IMG/VR virus record: IMGVR_UViG_2840949845_000010
Span: 1-64,000 of that record
Reading direction: 5' to 3' (one strand)
DNA from: a virus
Lineage: Duplodnaviria > Caudoviricetes
DNA length: 64,000 bases
Part shown: piece by piece, positions 48,783-58,200 of the stretch
Position numbering within the stretch: the first letter of the stretch is position 1
Layout of the letters: every line of letters starts with the position of its first letter
The notes under the pieces: model-generated
Database searches by the model: none
The model's input: the letters and a program-made list of their open reading frames with translations, nothing else
Told to the model about the DNA's origin: nothing
Translations under genes and position numbers: made by a program

Positions 48783-49141
48783 TACAGAGTTTCATCGTTT
48801 CCAGCGCCAGTACCGGCTGACCGCCGGATGCCGCTGACGCCCCGGCCCTGGCCCAGGGTGGATAGGAGAGCCGCGTCCTGATCTGGCCGCCGTCCAAAAG
48901 TTGGACAGCGGTCGGGATAGAGCGCTGCCGGGTCGGCGTCAGGGTCAGAGCCAGGGCGGGGGCGCACCCATCATTATGCTCAGTACGAGCACAACGATGG
49001 CCTCGCGGAAAATGAAATTCGGCGCCGCCCTGGTCCTGACCCTGACCCCGGTTCTGGCCCCGATCCGAACCAAGCCGCCCCTGGTCGCAATCCACCTCAA
49101 AACCAGCCGCAGGTTGGTTCCCCAAAATCAGGGAGGGAACA

Positions 49142-49342
49142 GTGATCGCTCGCATTCCTGGCGGAAAAACCAAACTCGGCTTCGCGAAAGAGGCTCTTGA
49201 TCTGCTCGAAGCCGGACAAATCCGACGCTGGCAAGTCATCAACCGGCTGATCCACGTCGGTATTTCATCGGTCGAGGCGAACCTCATCGCCGACCGTGGA
49301 ACTCTCCCCCACCACACCCTCAAAAGACTTCTGGAGGCATAA
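49142..49342 (+). CDS. Hypothetical protein
   Basis: GGAGGG RBS, GTG start. Confidence 0.55.
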   Translation: MIARIPGGKTKLGFAKEALDLLEAGQIRRWQVINRLIHVGISSVEANLIADRGTLPHHTLKRLLEA

Positions 49343-49343
49343 C

Positions 49344-49511
49344 ATGACCCGCAAAGACCGGACCTTCGAGGTTGTCTACAAGGGCGGAAAGCGCCGTCCA
49401 AAGCTGGAACTCGCCACCCTTGCCGCTCTGGCCCTGGCCGAGAACGGAACTCCCCAGCGACAGAAGCCGGTCGAAGGACAGGCCAAGGGTATTCGGTTTG
49501 TTCGGCGGTAA
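49344..49511 (+). CDS. Small basic hypothetical protein
   Basis: GGAGG RBS, ATG directly after upstream stop. Confidence 0.5.
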   Translation: MTRKDRTFEVVYKGGKRRPKLELATLAALALAENGTPQRQKPVEGQAKGIRFVRR

Positions 49512-49619
49512 TTGCCAGGAGGTGGGGACGGGGCGACAAGCCCCGGCACCGCCTTCAACCGCCGCCGATGCCGCAGCCCAGCTTCAGAGACATTCTCAGA
49601 CCCATAATTTCTCATCACA

Positions 49620-49780
49620 TCAAAATCTTAATCCCTTTCTCCTTGGATTAGATTTTCTCTCCTAAGAGCCTCTAGAGACTTCATTGTCAATAGGGCTGCA
49701 TCTCTAATAATAATAATTTTGTATATAAGGGGAAATTCACGAAATCTGATCCAAGGAGAAAAACACTAATCCATTGGAAC
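49620..49780. other. Candidate replication origin: 20-bp inverted repeats flanking an AT-rich core
   Basis: TTTCTCCTTGGATTAGATTT (49636-49655) and AAATCTGATCCAAGGAGAAA (49742-49761) match 19/20 as inverted repeats around TAATAATAATAATTTTGTATATAA. Confidence 0.5.
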
Positions 49781-49788
49781 TCTTAAAA

Positions 49789-50694
49789 ATGGGTCGAAAA
49801 TCTATCACTCTGTCCCAGATAAGCGACGAACTGACCGGTGATGCCCAGGCCATGGCCCGGCTCATGAATCGGCCGCTCATCGACTACCCAGACGAGTGTT
49901 GGCTGGACCCCGGCCGACGCAAGGTCACGGCTGACGGCCGGCAGCAAACCCTCCGTTACTGGCTCTACGAGACCCTGACCCAGGCCCCAGTTGGGGATGG
50001 CTACACGCTCCGACCGTTGGCGACGTGCATCTCCCCTGACTGCGTGAACCCGAAGCATCAGGCCCGCGCACCGCGCCAAAGACCGGGCCGCAAACCCGGA
50101 CAGGCTCCGCAACAACGCAGCCGCTCGGCCGTGGATGTGACTTGGCCCGACGCCCAAACCCTCCTCATGCTGCTGGTCCTCGACCCGCCAGCGTGGCAGG
50201 AGGAGTACCGCACCCGCTGCTGGGAGTGGACCGGGCCAGTGCAGCAGTTCGGCCAAAAGCGCCTGCCCAAGCTGAAAGGACAGGCTGCCCATCACGCCGT
50301 GTGGGAGCTGTTTAACCGCCGTCCACTCCAGGGCCGGTTCAAGAAGGCTTGCCGCAATGACATGTGCGTGAACCCCACGCACCTTATCATCCCGGCCCAT
50401 GCCCTAGCCCAGACCGACACCCCGGTCCAGCCCGTTCACGCACCGGTTGCCGTCAACCAACCGGTGCCCGAGGCCATCACGTTGGACGGAGAGACCCTGG
50501 GCGACCTCCGGGAAGACCTCCTCTACATGCTGGGCTGTATCCACCAGCAGCCGGAGTTGCTACCGCGCTACACCAAGTGGCTGCTGAACCGACCGAACAA
50601 CCGCTATCTGCATGACCTCATGCAAGAACTCGCCATTGAGGAGAAATGGGTTCGGACGATGCTGGAGCAAATTCAATGGACCTACCAATCGTAG
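49789..50694 (+). CDS. Protein with two HNH/zinc-loop homing-endonuclease-like domains
   Basis: ECW...TCISPDCVNPKH and RCWEWTG...ACRNDMCVNPTHL. Confidence 0.7.
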   Translation: MGRKSITLSQISDELTGDAQAMARLMNRPLIDYPDECWLDPGRRKVTADGRQQTLRYWLYETLTQAPVGDGYTLRPLATCISPDCVNPKHQARAPRQRPGRKPGQAPQQRSRSAVDVTWPDAQTLLMLLVLDPPAWQEEYRTRCWEWTGPVQQFGQKRLPKLKGQAAHHAVWELFNRRPLQGRFKKACRNDMCVNPTHLIIPAHALAQTDTPVQPVHAPVAVNQPVPEAITLDGETLGDLREDLLYMLGCIHQQPELLPRYTKWLLNRPNNRYLHDLMQELAIEEKWVRTMLEQIQWTYQS

Positions 50695-50927
50695 TCGCGC
50701 CGGACGGTCAAGTCGGCGTCCCGGCCTATGTGGTCCGATCCCACATTCCAAAGGCCAAATCCTGGCCCACCCCCACGAACGAACGAACCTTCACCGACCC
50801 CGGTCACGGCCTTTGCCTACAGGCCGAGTATTTGGGGCGCATGTACAACCGCACGAAGACGCCGGAGATCAAGGCGCAGATCGGTGCCGTGCTCCATGCC
50901 CTGCTTCAGTTCCAGCGAGGTGAATAG
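50676..50927 (+). CDS. Hypothetical protein
   Basis: GGAG RBS; overlaps the upstream gene end. Confidence 0.5.
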   Translation: MDLPIVVAPDGQVGVPAYVVRSHIPKAKSWPTPTNERTFTDPGHGLCLQAEYLGRMYNRTKTPEIKAQIGAVLHALLQFQRGE

Positions 50928-50929
50928 AA

Positions 50930-51169
50930 ATGCCCAATTCACTCTCCACACACCAGAACTATGAGCTGATACAGGAACTCCGCAACCGGGGACTCTGTGT
51001 GGCCTATCTTGAAATTGATGACGTTTCAGACGATGCCCTCTTTAACGGTGAAGAAGACGCAAAAAATTTCGTTGAAACGAACAAGAGGGCCGTCGAAGCT
51101 TGCATGACAGAGGCCGGAATATCGGCTGTTCAATCTTATCTGTTTGAAGATCGCGGAGAAAAACAGTGA
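50930..51169 (+). CDS. Small acidic hypothetical protein
   Basis: GAGGTG RBS; lower GC. Confidence 0.5.
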   Translation: MPNSLSTHQNYELIQELRNRGLCVAYLEIDDVSDDALFNGEEDAKNFVETNKRAVEACMTEAGISAVQSYLFEDRGEKQ

Positions 51170-51238
51170 GCGGTCAATCGACAGAACACGGCCCTTTGCG
51201 ATTTCAGGCACCGAGTATTCTGGACTTAGCCCCGCTCC

Positions 51239-51727
51239 CCTAACCTGATCCCCACAAACGCCGTCCCTCCGGGCGGCGTTATCGTTTCGGCAAGGACAGG
51301 ATCACCCCGACATCAACACCCAACTCCCCATGCTTCAACTCCAGAGGAACGTCCGATGAAGTATCACGTCCACTTTGAAGCAAGCGCCGCTGTCGGCGTC
51401 GCCTTCGAGGTCGAGGCTTCCTCTGCGGAAGAAGCGGAACGCATCGCAGCGGCCAAATTCGATCCTCAAAAGGTCGTCGATGACCTGCTGGAAATCAACG
51501 AACACACCTTGGCCGGATACGGTCAGAGCGTGAGCCACGTCGTCGTGTCGGTGGACGACAGTGGGTTCGAGGTCGTGGACGCTTATCAGAATTGACGCCT
51601 GATTCTGGACCGCCCTCACAAGCGACAGCCGCCGACAATCCAACGCAGTTCACGACCAAGTTACCAAAGCATTCCTAACCCAGTCCTGACAAGCGCCGCC
51701 CCTCCGGGCGGCGTTATCGTTTTGGCA
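51239..51727 (+). repeat. Two ~54-bp intergenic direct repeats with GC hairpin
   Basis: 51239-51292 and 51674-51727: CCTAACC..TCC..ACAA.CGCCGYCCCTCCGGGCGGCGTTATCGTTTYGGCA. Confidence 0.8.
51356..51595 (+). CDS. Hypothetical protein
   Basis: AGAGGA RBS; FEVEASSAEEAERIA motif common in phage early proteins. Confidence 0.65.
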   Translation: MKYHVHFEASAAVGVAFEVEASSAEEAERIAAAKFDPQKVVDDLLEINEHTLAGYGQSVSHVVVSVDDSGFEVVDAYQN

Positions 51728-51746
51728 TGAACTGGAGCACCCCAAC

Positions 51747-52139
51747 ATGAACGCTCAGGTCTCTCGCCAGGAACTCACCGAGTTCCACGACGCCTGCAAC
51801 CCCCCGAAGGAAATCACGGCCGCCACCTTGGTCGAGGCTTACCACCGCGCGAAGGGCCAGATGACCATCGAGATGGTGGCCGACCGCCTCGACGCGGCCA
51901 CCGCCCGGATCGGCCAGGGGCATTTCACCATCACCTTCTCCACCAACTCCAGCCCTTACAGCGCCCCGGTCTTCCTCTCGCATTGGTTCCGCGACGCGGG
52001 CGCCAAGTACGAGGAGTGCCACACGGTGGGGCGGGGCAAGACCGTCGCCGAGGCTCTGGAGGCGCTGGACGATTATGTCGGCAGCTTCCACCGCACGAAT
52101 TTCACCCCCGAGGAAGTCGCCGCAACCACCGGCCTCTGA
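51747..52139 (+). CDS. Hypothetical protein
   Basis: GGAG RBS; GC3 bias. Confidence 0.65.
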   Translation: MNAQVSRQELTEFHDACNPPKEITAATLVEAYHRAKGQMTIEMVADRLDAATARIGQGHFTITFSTNSSPYSAPVFLSHWFRDAGAKYEECHTVGRGKTVAEALEALDDYVGSFHRTNFTPEEVAATTGL

Positions 52140-52160
52140 CCCAAACCAGGAGATCGCCCA

Positions 52161-52496
52161 GTGCAACGCCTCATCATCACCCCGTCCCACCGCCACCAGC
52201 AGGGTCCGGGCAAGAAGTCGCATCTGCGCATGCTGGAAAAGCTGCTGGCGCGCAACGCCGCGCTCTCCACCAAGACGAACCATTTCCAGTACATCCCCGG
52301 CCTGTCCCTGAAGGTGATGTCCACCCCGCACCAGACGCAGGAGGAGCGCCGCGCCCGCAAGCTGGAGGCAAAGCTGCTGAAGGCGACCGGCGAGCGCGCC
52401 ACCGCGCTGGCCGCCAAGGCGCAGAAGGCCCGCCTCGCCCTGGCCCTGAAGCTCCAGGCCGCCAACGCCAACAACGCGAAGAAGGCGGCGGCTTGA
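52161..52496 (+). CDS. Basic hypothetical protein
   Basis: AGGAG RBS, GTG start. Confidence 0.6.
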   Translation: MQRLIITPSHRHQQGPGKKSHLRMLEKLLARNAALSTKTNHFQYIPGLSLKVMSTPHQTQEERRARKLEAKLLKATGERATALAAKAQKARLALALKLQAANANNAKKAAA

Positions 52497-52497
52497 C

Positions 52498-52701
52498 ATG
52501 CGCAGCAACACTGACCGGGCGAACGACGCGCTCAATGCCGTCCACACCTACGCCCGCAGCGTCCACCAGTTGGACGAGCCGGTCGAGGACAATCTGACCG
52601 ACCTGCTGACCGATCTCCGGCATCTCGCCGTCCGCGAAGGCATCGACTTCGACCATGCGGTTTTCATGTCCGAGCTTCATTTCGAGGGGGAGGACATCTG
52701 A
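52498..52701 (+). CDS. Hypothetical protein
   Basis: LTDLLTDLRH...GIDFD motif recurrent in phage early genes. Confidence 0.65.
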   Translation: MRSNTDRANDALNAVHTYARSVHQLDEPVEDNLTDLLTDLRHLAVREGIDFDHAVFMSELHFEGEDI

Positions 52702-52880
52702 TGCTCCACGGATACGCGACCCTCGCCATTCAGGACCGGACCACGGGCGAGACCCGTGAGGTGATCGTCCGGGCCAACACCGTGGTCGATGCCGAGCGCA
52801 TCGCCAACGATTACGCCAACGACCGCAATTACCGGCGGGCCGACCAGCCGGCCGAGGTCAAGATCGTGAGGCGCTTCTGA
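52701..52880 (+). CDS. Small hypothetical protein (59 aa, not in the ORF track)
   Basis: GGAGG RBS; TGATG coupling at both ends. Confidence 0.55.
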   Translation: MLHGYATLAIQDRTTGETREVIVRANTVVDAERIANDYANDRNYRRADQPAEVKIVRRF

Positions 52881-53104
52881 TGGATGTGATCCGCAACATC
52901 TACCGCCGACCGATCCCCCAGGAAGGGGCGTCGAAGCTGGCCGAGATCACCGCCGTGCTGGTCTCGCCTGAACACAAACCGGGCGGCGCCTTCGCCGTCT
53001 ACATCGGTATCGGCTCGCCCGAGTGGATCGTGGCTCACGGCATCAAGTGCCGTTTCCATGAGGCTCGTGTCTACTTCGAGGTCGAAGAAACCAACTACCG
53101 GTAA
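52880..53104 (+). CDS. Hypothetical protein
   Basis: Coupled ORF. Confidence 0.55.
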   Translation: MDVIRNIYRRPIPQEGASKLAEITAVLVSPEHKPGGAFAVYIGIGSPEWIVAHGIKCRFHEARVYFEVEETNYR

Positions 53105-53163
53105 TCGCGAACACCCGAGGCTGGGTGCCGAACCGCGCCCACAAACACAATTGGAGACTGAAC

Positions 53164-54168
53164 ATGCTTGAATTCCTCAAGCGTGATGGGTGGTCCCATG
53201 ACTCCATCGAAACCCGTTCGGTGGATGTCGAGGATTGGGACGATCTGCGTGGCGAAGAAGGCGAAGGCGTCCGGGTCGTCCTTCCGCCCATCACCATAGC
53301 CCTGCTCGACGAGTATGACGCGGCGCCAGACGAGTTCGACGCCGAAGACTGGTTGCGCGACAACCTCATCAGCCACACGACCACGGACCAGGACAGGCGG
53401 GCCGCCGACATCGCCAACACCTACGCCCAGGACCCGGACGACTGGCTGTTCGAGAACTGGCGCACCCTGCTGACCGCCGAACAGATCACGGGAGTCGAGG
53501 CCGACATGGCCGAGGCCAAGGAGGAGCATGACACCGACGCCATCGAACAAGCGCGGGACAACTTCAAGGACAGCGACTCCTACTACGATTGGAAAGACGG
53601 CTTCGAGCCGGCCATGAATTTCTATTGGCCGGTGAGCCTCGCCTACGAGCTGGACGAGGAAACGGCGGCCGAACGGATCGACAAGCACGCCGGCGCCACC
53701 TCTTTGGTCTGGATTGAGCGCGTTCAGTCCCACGCCATCGTCCTGACCGGCGGCGGCATGGACCTGAGTTGGGACATTTGCGCCGCCTACATCTGCTGCG
53801 GCTGTGTGCCGCCCGCTCGCCTACTGCTGGGCCTGCCGCGCTTTGCGGGCGGCGGTTACGCCAAGTTCGGCGAATTGATCGTCAGCACCCTGATCCCGCT
53901 CTTGGTGAAGCACCGGGAGTGGCAGGCGGAACGTGCCCGTGACGAAGCCAAGCGGCTCGCCGAACACCTGGAGCTGCCAGCGCCAAACCTGACCAACCCG
54001 GTGGACGAATTGGCCGAAGCGCTGAAGCCGTTCGCCGAAAAGACGCTGTGGGAAGACATGTTGGTCGATCCCGACCCGGACGACCTCCGGCCGGACGAGG
54101 CCGTCGAAGAGTTCTTCATCAAAGTCGGCGACATCCGTCGGGCGCGGAAGGCAATCGCCCAGACCTGA
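53164..54168 (+). CDS. Acidic hypothetical protein
   Basis: GGAG RBS; PAMNFYWP and LTGGGMDLSWDICAAYI conserved-looking motifs. Confidence 0.7.
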   Translation: MLEFLKRDGWSHDSIETRSVDVEDWDDLRGEEGEGVRVVLPPITIALLDEYDAAPDEFDAEDWLRDNLISHTTTDQDRRAADIANTYAQDPDDWLFENWRTLLTAEQITGVEADMAEAKEEHDTDAIEQARDNFKDSDSYYDWKDGFEPAMNFYWPVSLAYELDEETAAERIDKHAGATSLVWIERVQSHAIVLTGGGMDLSWDICAAYICCGCVPPARLLLGLPRFAGGGYAKFGELIVSTLIPLLVKHREWQAERARDEAKRLAEHLELPAPNLTNPVDELAEALKPFAEKTLWEDMLVDPDPDDLRPDEAVEEFFIKVGDIRRARKAIAQT

Positions 54169-54246
54169 CGCTCAATTAAGCGCGCCATCAATCGCTGCGG
54201 GAGCGGTGGAACCTGCACCTCTGTAATTCAAGGTGGAGATGACCTC

Positions 54247-54567
54247 GTGCCCCGTCCCCAACGCCCGACAGGTTCACCAGCCCCCACAAAAGGCCGAAAG
54301 CTCACCGGCCGAAAGCACCGGGAGCCAGACCTGGATGTCGCCCACTGGCAGCACTGGGTCAAATCCCAGCTCCAGGAACACGGCTACATGCAAGGCGAAC
54401 TCGCCGGGCGACTGCGGCTTTCCAATTCCGGCCTCACCCATCGCCTGAACCTGCGCGCCGAGTGGCACCCGCATGATCTTCGCGACCTCGCCGAGATGAT
54501 CGGCCAGTCGATGGACGAGGTGATGCGCCACTACCCCGACATTCGATACCTGAAATGGGAGGAATGA
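54247..54567 (+). CDS. XRE/Cro-like HTH protein
   Basis: MQGELAGRLRLSNSGLTHRLN...DLAEMIG HTH pattern. Confidence 0.6.
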   Translation: MPRPQRPTGSPAPTKGRKLTGRKHREPDLDVAHWQHWVKSQLQEHGYMQGELAGRLRLSNSGLTHRLNLRAEWHPHDLRDLAEMIGQSMDEVMRHYPDIRYLKWEE

Positions 54568-54568
54568 C

Positions 54569-54983
54569 ATGTCCCGTTATGATTCGGTGCGGGAATACAT
54601 CGCCGGCCAGATGCCGGACACCGTCAAGCGCCTGATCTCCCTGGCGACGTTGGATCTGAACGAAGGCCCGGTCTTCCTCGACGCCGAGGGCGAGCGTTGC
54701 GGCCCGTTCGATGACGGCGCCAAGCGGTTCGACTTCTCGACCGCCTGCCGTGAGATCGGCGCCTTCTTCGAGGACATCGGCTGCCTCTACGTCGATGAGG
54801 ACGGCGGCCTGCACACCGCCGAACCGGAGGCCACGGTCGAGGTGGAAGAGAACCCCGATCATGACCCCGACGATCCCGACAGCGAACCGGAGATCGAGGT
54901 CCGCTACGGCCCGACCCCTATTGGGAAATCCCCGCACCCAGATCGTCGGCTTGGTCGCCGGATCGCTCGCCCAACATCTTTGA
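54569..54983 (+). pseudogene. Acidic hypothetical protein, probably frameshifted near 54915-54935
   Basis: Restoring one C in each of two C runs gives ...PYWEIPRTQIVGLVAGSLAQHL-TGA(54983), just before the next RBS. Confidence 0.4.
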
Positions 54984-54998
54984 CCCGGAGTCCATCCC

Positions 54999-55745
54999 AT
55001 GCTGCGCATTGAGACCAACACCATTCCGGTTCACGGCTTCCCGCCCGATGGGCTGGGCGCCTTCGTTGGCGTGATCCACGCGGACACCGGCCAATATGAC
55101 GGCTTCGTCCACATCGTGGAGGAGCTGGATGACCGGCCCTACAATTTCATGCTGGTGACGTCCGCCAACGAACTGGACGCGCTGACCCTGACCATCCCCG
55201 AAATCATCGACCTGCTGAAGGCCGACGATCCGGGCGAACACACCGGCAGCCCGCATGGGGAGGAGTTCAAGACCCTCGCCCTGAAGGCGTGCGAAGCGGG
55301 CGACGTGGACCTGGAAACCCACTACCGCGCCGCCCTGGAAGCTGGCTTCAACTGGGACGCCATCGTCGCCGACGCCAAGGCCAACAGCGAGGAGGAAGAG
55401 GGCGCCCTGATTGGTCGCGGCTTCCTCGGTTCGGTCTTCGCCCTGACCCCGAGCGGTAAGGTTTACGCCGCCTGGACCACCAACCAGACCGAGGCGGACG
55501 TGATCCTGGACGAGGCGTGGCGCGACGCGCTGGAGGCCATCGCCGAGGAAAAGGGCGGCTTCATCGACAGCGGCGAGGGATCGGGAAGCGACCTCTTCTT
55601 CGCCATCCAGCTCGACGCGCCGGACGAGGACGACACCATCTATGATCGGGTCTGCGTCTCCTGCCACGAGGTGATCGGGCACGAGGGCGATGACTGCCCC
55701 CACTGCGGAGCCGAACAGGTCCTGGACGCGGACGACACGGCCTGA
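54999..55745 (+). CDS. Acidic hypothetical protein with C-terminal zinc ribbon
   Basis: CVSC...CPHCG; GGAG RBS. Confidence 0.65.
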   Translation: MLRIETNTIPVHGFPPDGLGAFVGVIHADTGQYDGFVHIVEELDDRPYNFMLVTSANELDALTLTIPEIIDLLKADDPGEHTGSPHGEEFKTLALKACEAGDVDLETHYRAALEAGFNWDAIVADAKANSEEEEGALIGRGFLGSVFALTPSGKVYAAWTTNQTEADVILDEAWRDALEAIAEEKGGFIDSGEGSGSDLFFAIQLDAPDEDDTIYDRVCVSCHEVIGHEGDDCPHCGAEQVLDADDTA

Positions 55746-55753
55746 CCCTCGGC

Positions 55754-56278
55754 ATGTCCTTGTCTCGCCAAGAGATCAGCCGCCGCCTGTTCGACTTGAT
55801 CGAACGCGACCCGATCCTCCCCGACACTCCCCCCACCGAACCGGACGGCAACCTGTGGCCGACTGGAGATCCGATGTACCGCGCACCAACGATACGGCGT
55901 CTCCTGGCGCATTTTCCGCACCTGGATAAAGCCCAAGCCCAACAAATCCGCGACCTCCTTCATGGAACGCTGAAGCCGACGACGTTCGAGACGGTGAAGG
56001 CGTATGCCGCCCGCTGCTACAGCCCGCCGCCCGAGCATGACCTGATCCTGGAAGCCCTGAACGAGATCATCGAAGGGCACGGCACCGAACCCATCGGTGT
56101 GGAGGGGGTGAGGATCGACCGTTACTTCGGCAACACCGCTGCGGTGTACGTCAACACGGGCGACACCTACTCGGCGACCATCGTTTACGACACCGAACAG
56201 GACCGCTTCGAGCTGTCCACCTGGGGCGACTACTACGAGCTTTTGTGCCGCAGACACCGGGTCCGGGACGCGGCGTGA
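55754..56278 (+). CDS. Hypothetical protein
   Basis: GHGTEPI, YVNTGDTYSATI, STWGD motifs recurrent in phage early genes. Confidence 0.65.
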   Translation: MSLSRQEISRRLFDLIERDPILPDTPPTEPDGNLWPTGDPMYRAPTIRRLLAHFPHLDKAQAQQIRDLLHGTLKPTTFETVKAYAARCYSPPPEHDLILEALNEIIEGHGTEPIGVEGVRIDRYFGNTAAVYVNTGDTYSATIVYDTEQDRFELSTWGDYYELLCRRHRVRDAA

Positions 56279-56298
56279 TCCTGAAACACGGGGGAATC

Positions 56299-56637
56299 AT
56301 GAGCAACCAAACCATCGCGGCGTTGAACGATCAACTCCGCGCCCTCATTCCGCTCGTGCCGAAGACGCTCGGCGCCTGCACCGTCACCCAGGGCGTGCTT
56401 GCCCTGTCGGCGACCACCATCGCCCAGGTCTACACCAGGGTGCGGACCTTCTCCGAGTTCACGGAGGACAACGACCCTTACGGAGAGCACGACTTCGGTT
56501 CGTTCGAGATCGACGACCAGAAGTTCTTCTGGAAGATCGACTACTATGATCTGAACCTGGAGTTCGCCTCTGAAGATCCGAGCGACCCGGATAAGACGAT
56601 CCGCGTCCTCACCATCATGCTGGCCGAGGAATATTGA
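56299..56637 (+). CDS. DUF3768 family protein
   Basis: IAALNDQLR, DNDPYGEHDFG, FWKIDYYD, RVLTIMLAEEY. Confidence 0.85.
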   Translation: MSNQTIAALNDQLRALIPLVPKTLGACTVTQGVLALSATTIAQVYTRVRTFSEFTEDNDPYGEHDFGSFEIDDQKFFWKIDYYDLNLEFASEDPSDPDKTIRVLTIMLAEEY

Positions 56638-56670
56638 GACACCACAAAAATCAGCAGGGGAGAGAATCCC

Positions 56671-56760
56671 ATGCTTGACACCCTCGCCATTGCCACCGAC
56701 CTTAAGATCTCTGGGTTCCACGAAGATCAGGAGGTAGGCATGGCCCGCACCCTGAACAAG
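56671..56760 (+). pseudogene. Truncated CCDC90/DUF1640-like N-terminus
   Basis: MLDTLAIATDLKISGFHEDQ then loss of phage codon bias. Confidence 0.35.
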
Positions 56761-57078
56761 CAGTCCGGCCAGGGCTGTTCGGTTCTCCGAATGAGTCGCT
56801 TAACGGTAGGTGCAGCAAGTTCAAACGGGCTGTTTTGCTCTGAAAACGACTTTACCAAAGAGGGGGCTGTCTGAATCTCTATGTCAACTCCCTTACCCCC
56901 TTGCACGCCCTGGCTTACGGGGCAGCATGGGCAGAGCTGAATCGCCCTGAGCCAGTAAGGGGGCTTGCCTCCCGATGGTCCATGACGGAGATGATTGTCA
57001 TTGACTAGCCATTTTGCATTGGAATCGCAGTTAAATACCAGTGCGCGCAAATGTTTCTCGGAATTAGGGGAGTCATGG

Positions 57079-57990
57079 ATGGGCAAGAGACAAGCAGAGT
57101 TGGAGCTTCTGCAAGATCATCAATTGCTTTCAGGAGGGGAGCCTGAAACCATTTCCTCCATATTCAGAGATCCAAATTATTATAAAAATATAATTAACGA
57201 TATAAGAAAAGAAGATGAAAATTTACGCGCTAATATTTTTATTTTATCGCGGTACTTTTGGCACATTCTTACCGAAGAAAACACATTGAGCGCGCTTAAT
57301 CTGAATAAAAGGTGCGGAGTAATTTCAGGTATATTTGAGAAAATATTACGGGAATACTCCTGCAATGACTTGGGGCCAACATTAGTCTCTGAAATGCTCC
57401 ACGCAATTTCAGGATATATGATGAAATGCTCGAAGAGTAGGCGCGATAAAGAAATTGCAAGATGTAAAGAAGAGGAGGCGTTTTTTGTCTCTAAATCTAT
57501 ATCGCGCTCATCTGAAATACAGCGGAAACGATCTTTCATTGAAGCTAATTGGCATGTTTATTCCACGGAACACCCGAATTGTTATATAGGCGATCTTGAC
57601 GGGATTATAGATGAAGGTAGGCGATATGGTTGTTCTGGCAGTCTTTGGGACCGCCAGAAGGTTAATTTTACCATATCGGTTGCATACGGCACACAGATGC
57701 TGATCGGACTGAACGAGAAGCCGTCATTTCGTGAATCATCCGAATTTAAGAATATAGTACGTGGATACATTCTTCATCAAATCAATCGAAGAAATAGTGG
57801 AGATATTATCCCTCACGGTGAACGGGCAGACTTTATTATGTATCTCGCCATATATTTCCGCAACACATTATCAGGTCGAGAATTTTTAAATAAATACAAT
57901 ACAATTAGGAAGACTCGGCGGTCTCATAATGAGTGGAAACTTCCTCCGCAAGACAAGGAGTACATTGTTAATTCTTATTATTATGGATAA
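57079..57990 (+). CDS. AT-rich orphan protein (moron)
   Basis: Long open frame in an AT-rich insert; GGGGAG RBS before ATG 57079. Confidence 0.6.
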   Translation: MGKRQAELELLQDHQLLSGGEPETISSIFRDPNYYKNIINDIRKEDENLRANIFILSRYFWHILTEENTLSALNLNKRCGVISGIFEKILREYSCNDLGPTLVSEMLHAISGYMMKCSKSRRDKEIARCKEEEAFFVSKSISRSSEIQRKRSFIEANWHVYSTEHPNCYIGDLDGIIDEGRRYGCSGSLWDRQKVNFTISVAYGTQMLIGLNEKPSFRESSEFKNIVRGYILHQINRRNSGDIIPHGERADFIMYLAIYFRNTLSGREFLNKYNTIRKTRRSHNEWKLPPQDKEYIVNSYYYG

Positions 57991-58079
57991 ACAAAAAAAC
58001 ATTTCAGAATTTAATAATTTTATTGGCTGAATTCTATTGCCGTCACCTCATTATCTGCTGTTTATCCGAATGATATACG

Positions 58080-58200
58080 AAACGGCGGACCTTCACTGCC
58101 ACTGCTATGCGCTGTCAAAAAAAAAAAACTTTGAGGCCGCCCAGGATATCGACAACTCCCTGATTGTCCAGATCAAAGGCAACCAGCAGACCTTAGCATC
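58080..58200 (+). mobile_element. ISAs1-family transposase remnant
   Basis: C(A)n-CTT poly-A run and NFEAA...LIVQIKGNQQTL resemble the ISAs1 QKKTF...VKxNQxTL segment. Confidence 0.55.

Larger units (their letters stand above)
47399..48907. promoter_or_regulatory. Five copies of palindromic operator-like motif GTCCAA-N3-TTGGAC
   Basis: 47399-47415, 47458-47472, 48204-48220, 48258-48272, 48892-48906 (0-2 mismatches). Confidence 0.7.

Noticed and set aside
47399-48907. Operator repeats considered as a CRISPR array or invertase sites
   Set aside because: Irregular spacing, 15-17 bp palindromes and no recombinase in the window; they fit operators better
51239-51727. Possible CRISPR or attL/attR repeats
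   Set aside because: Only two imperfect copies 435 bp apart with a gene between them; no cas gene or integrase nearby
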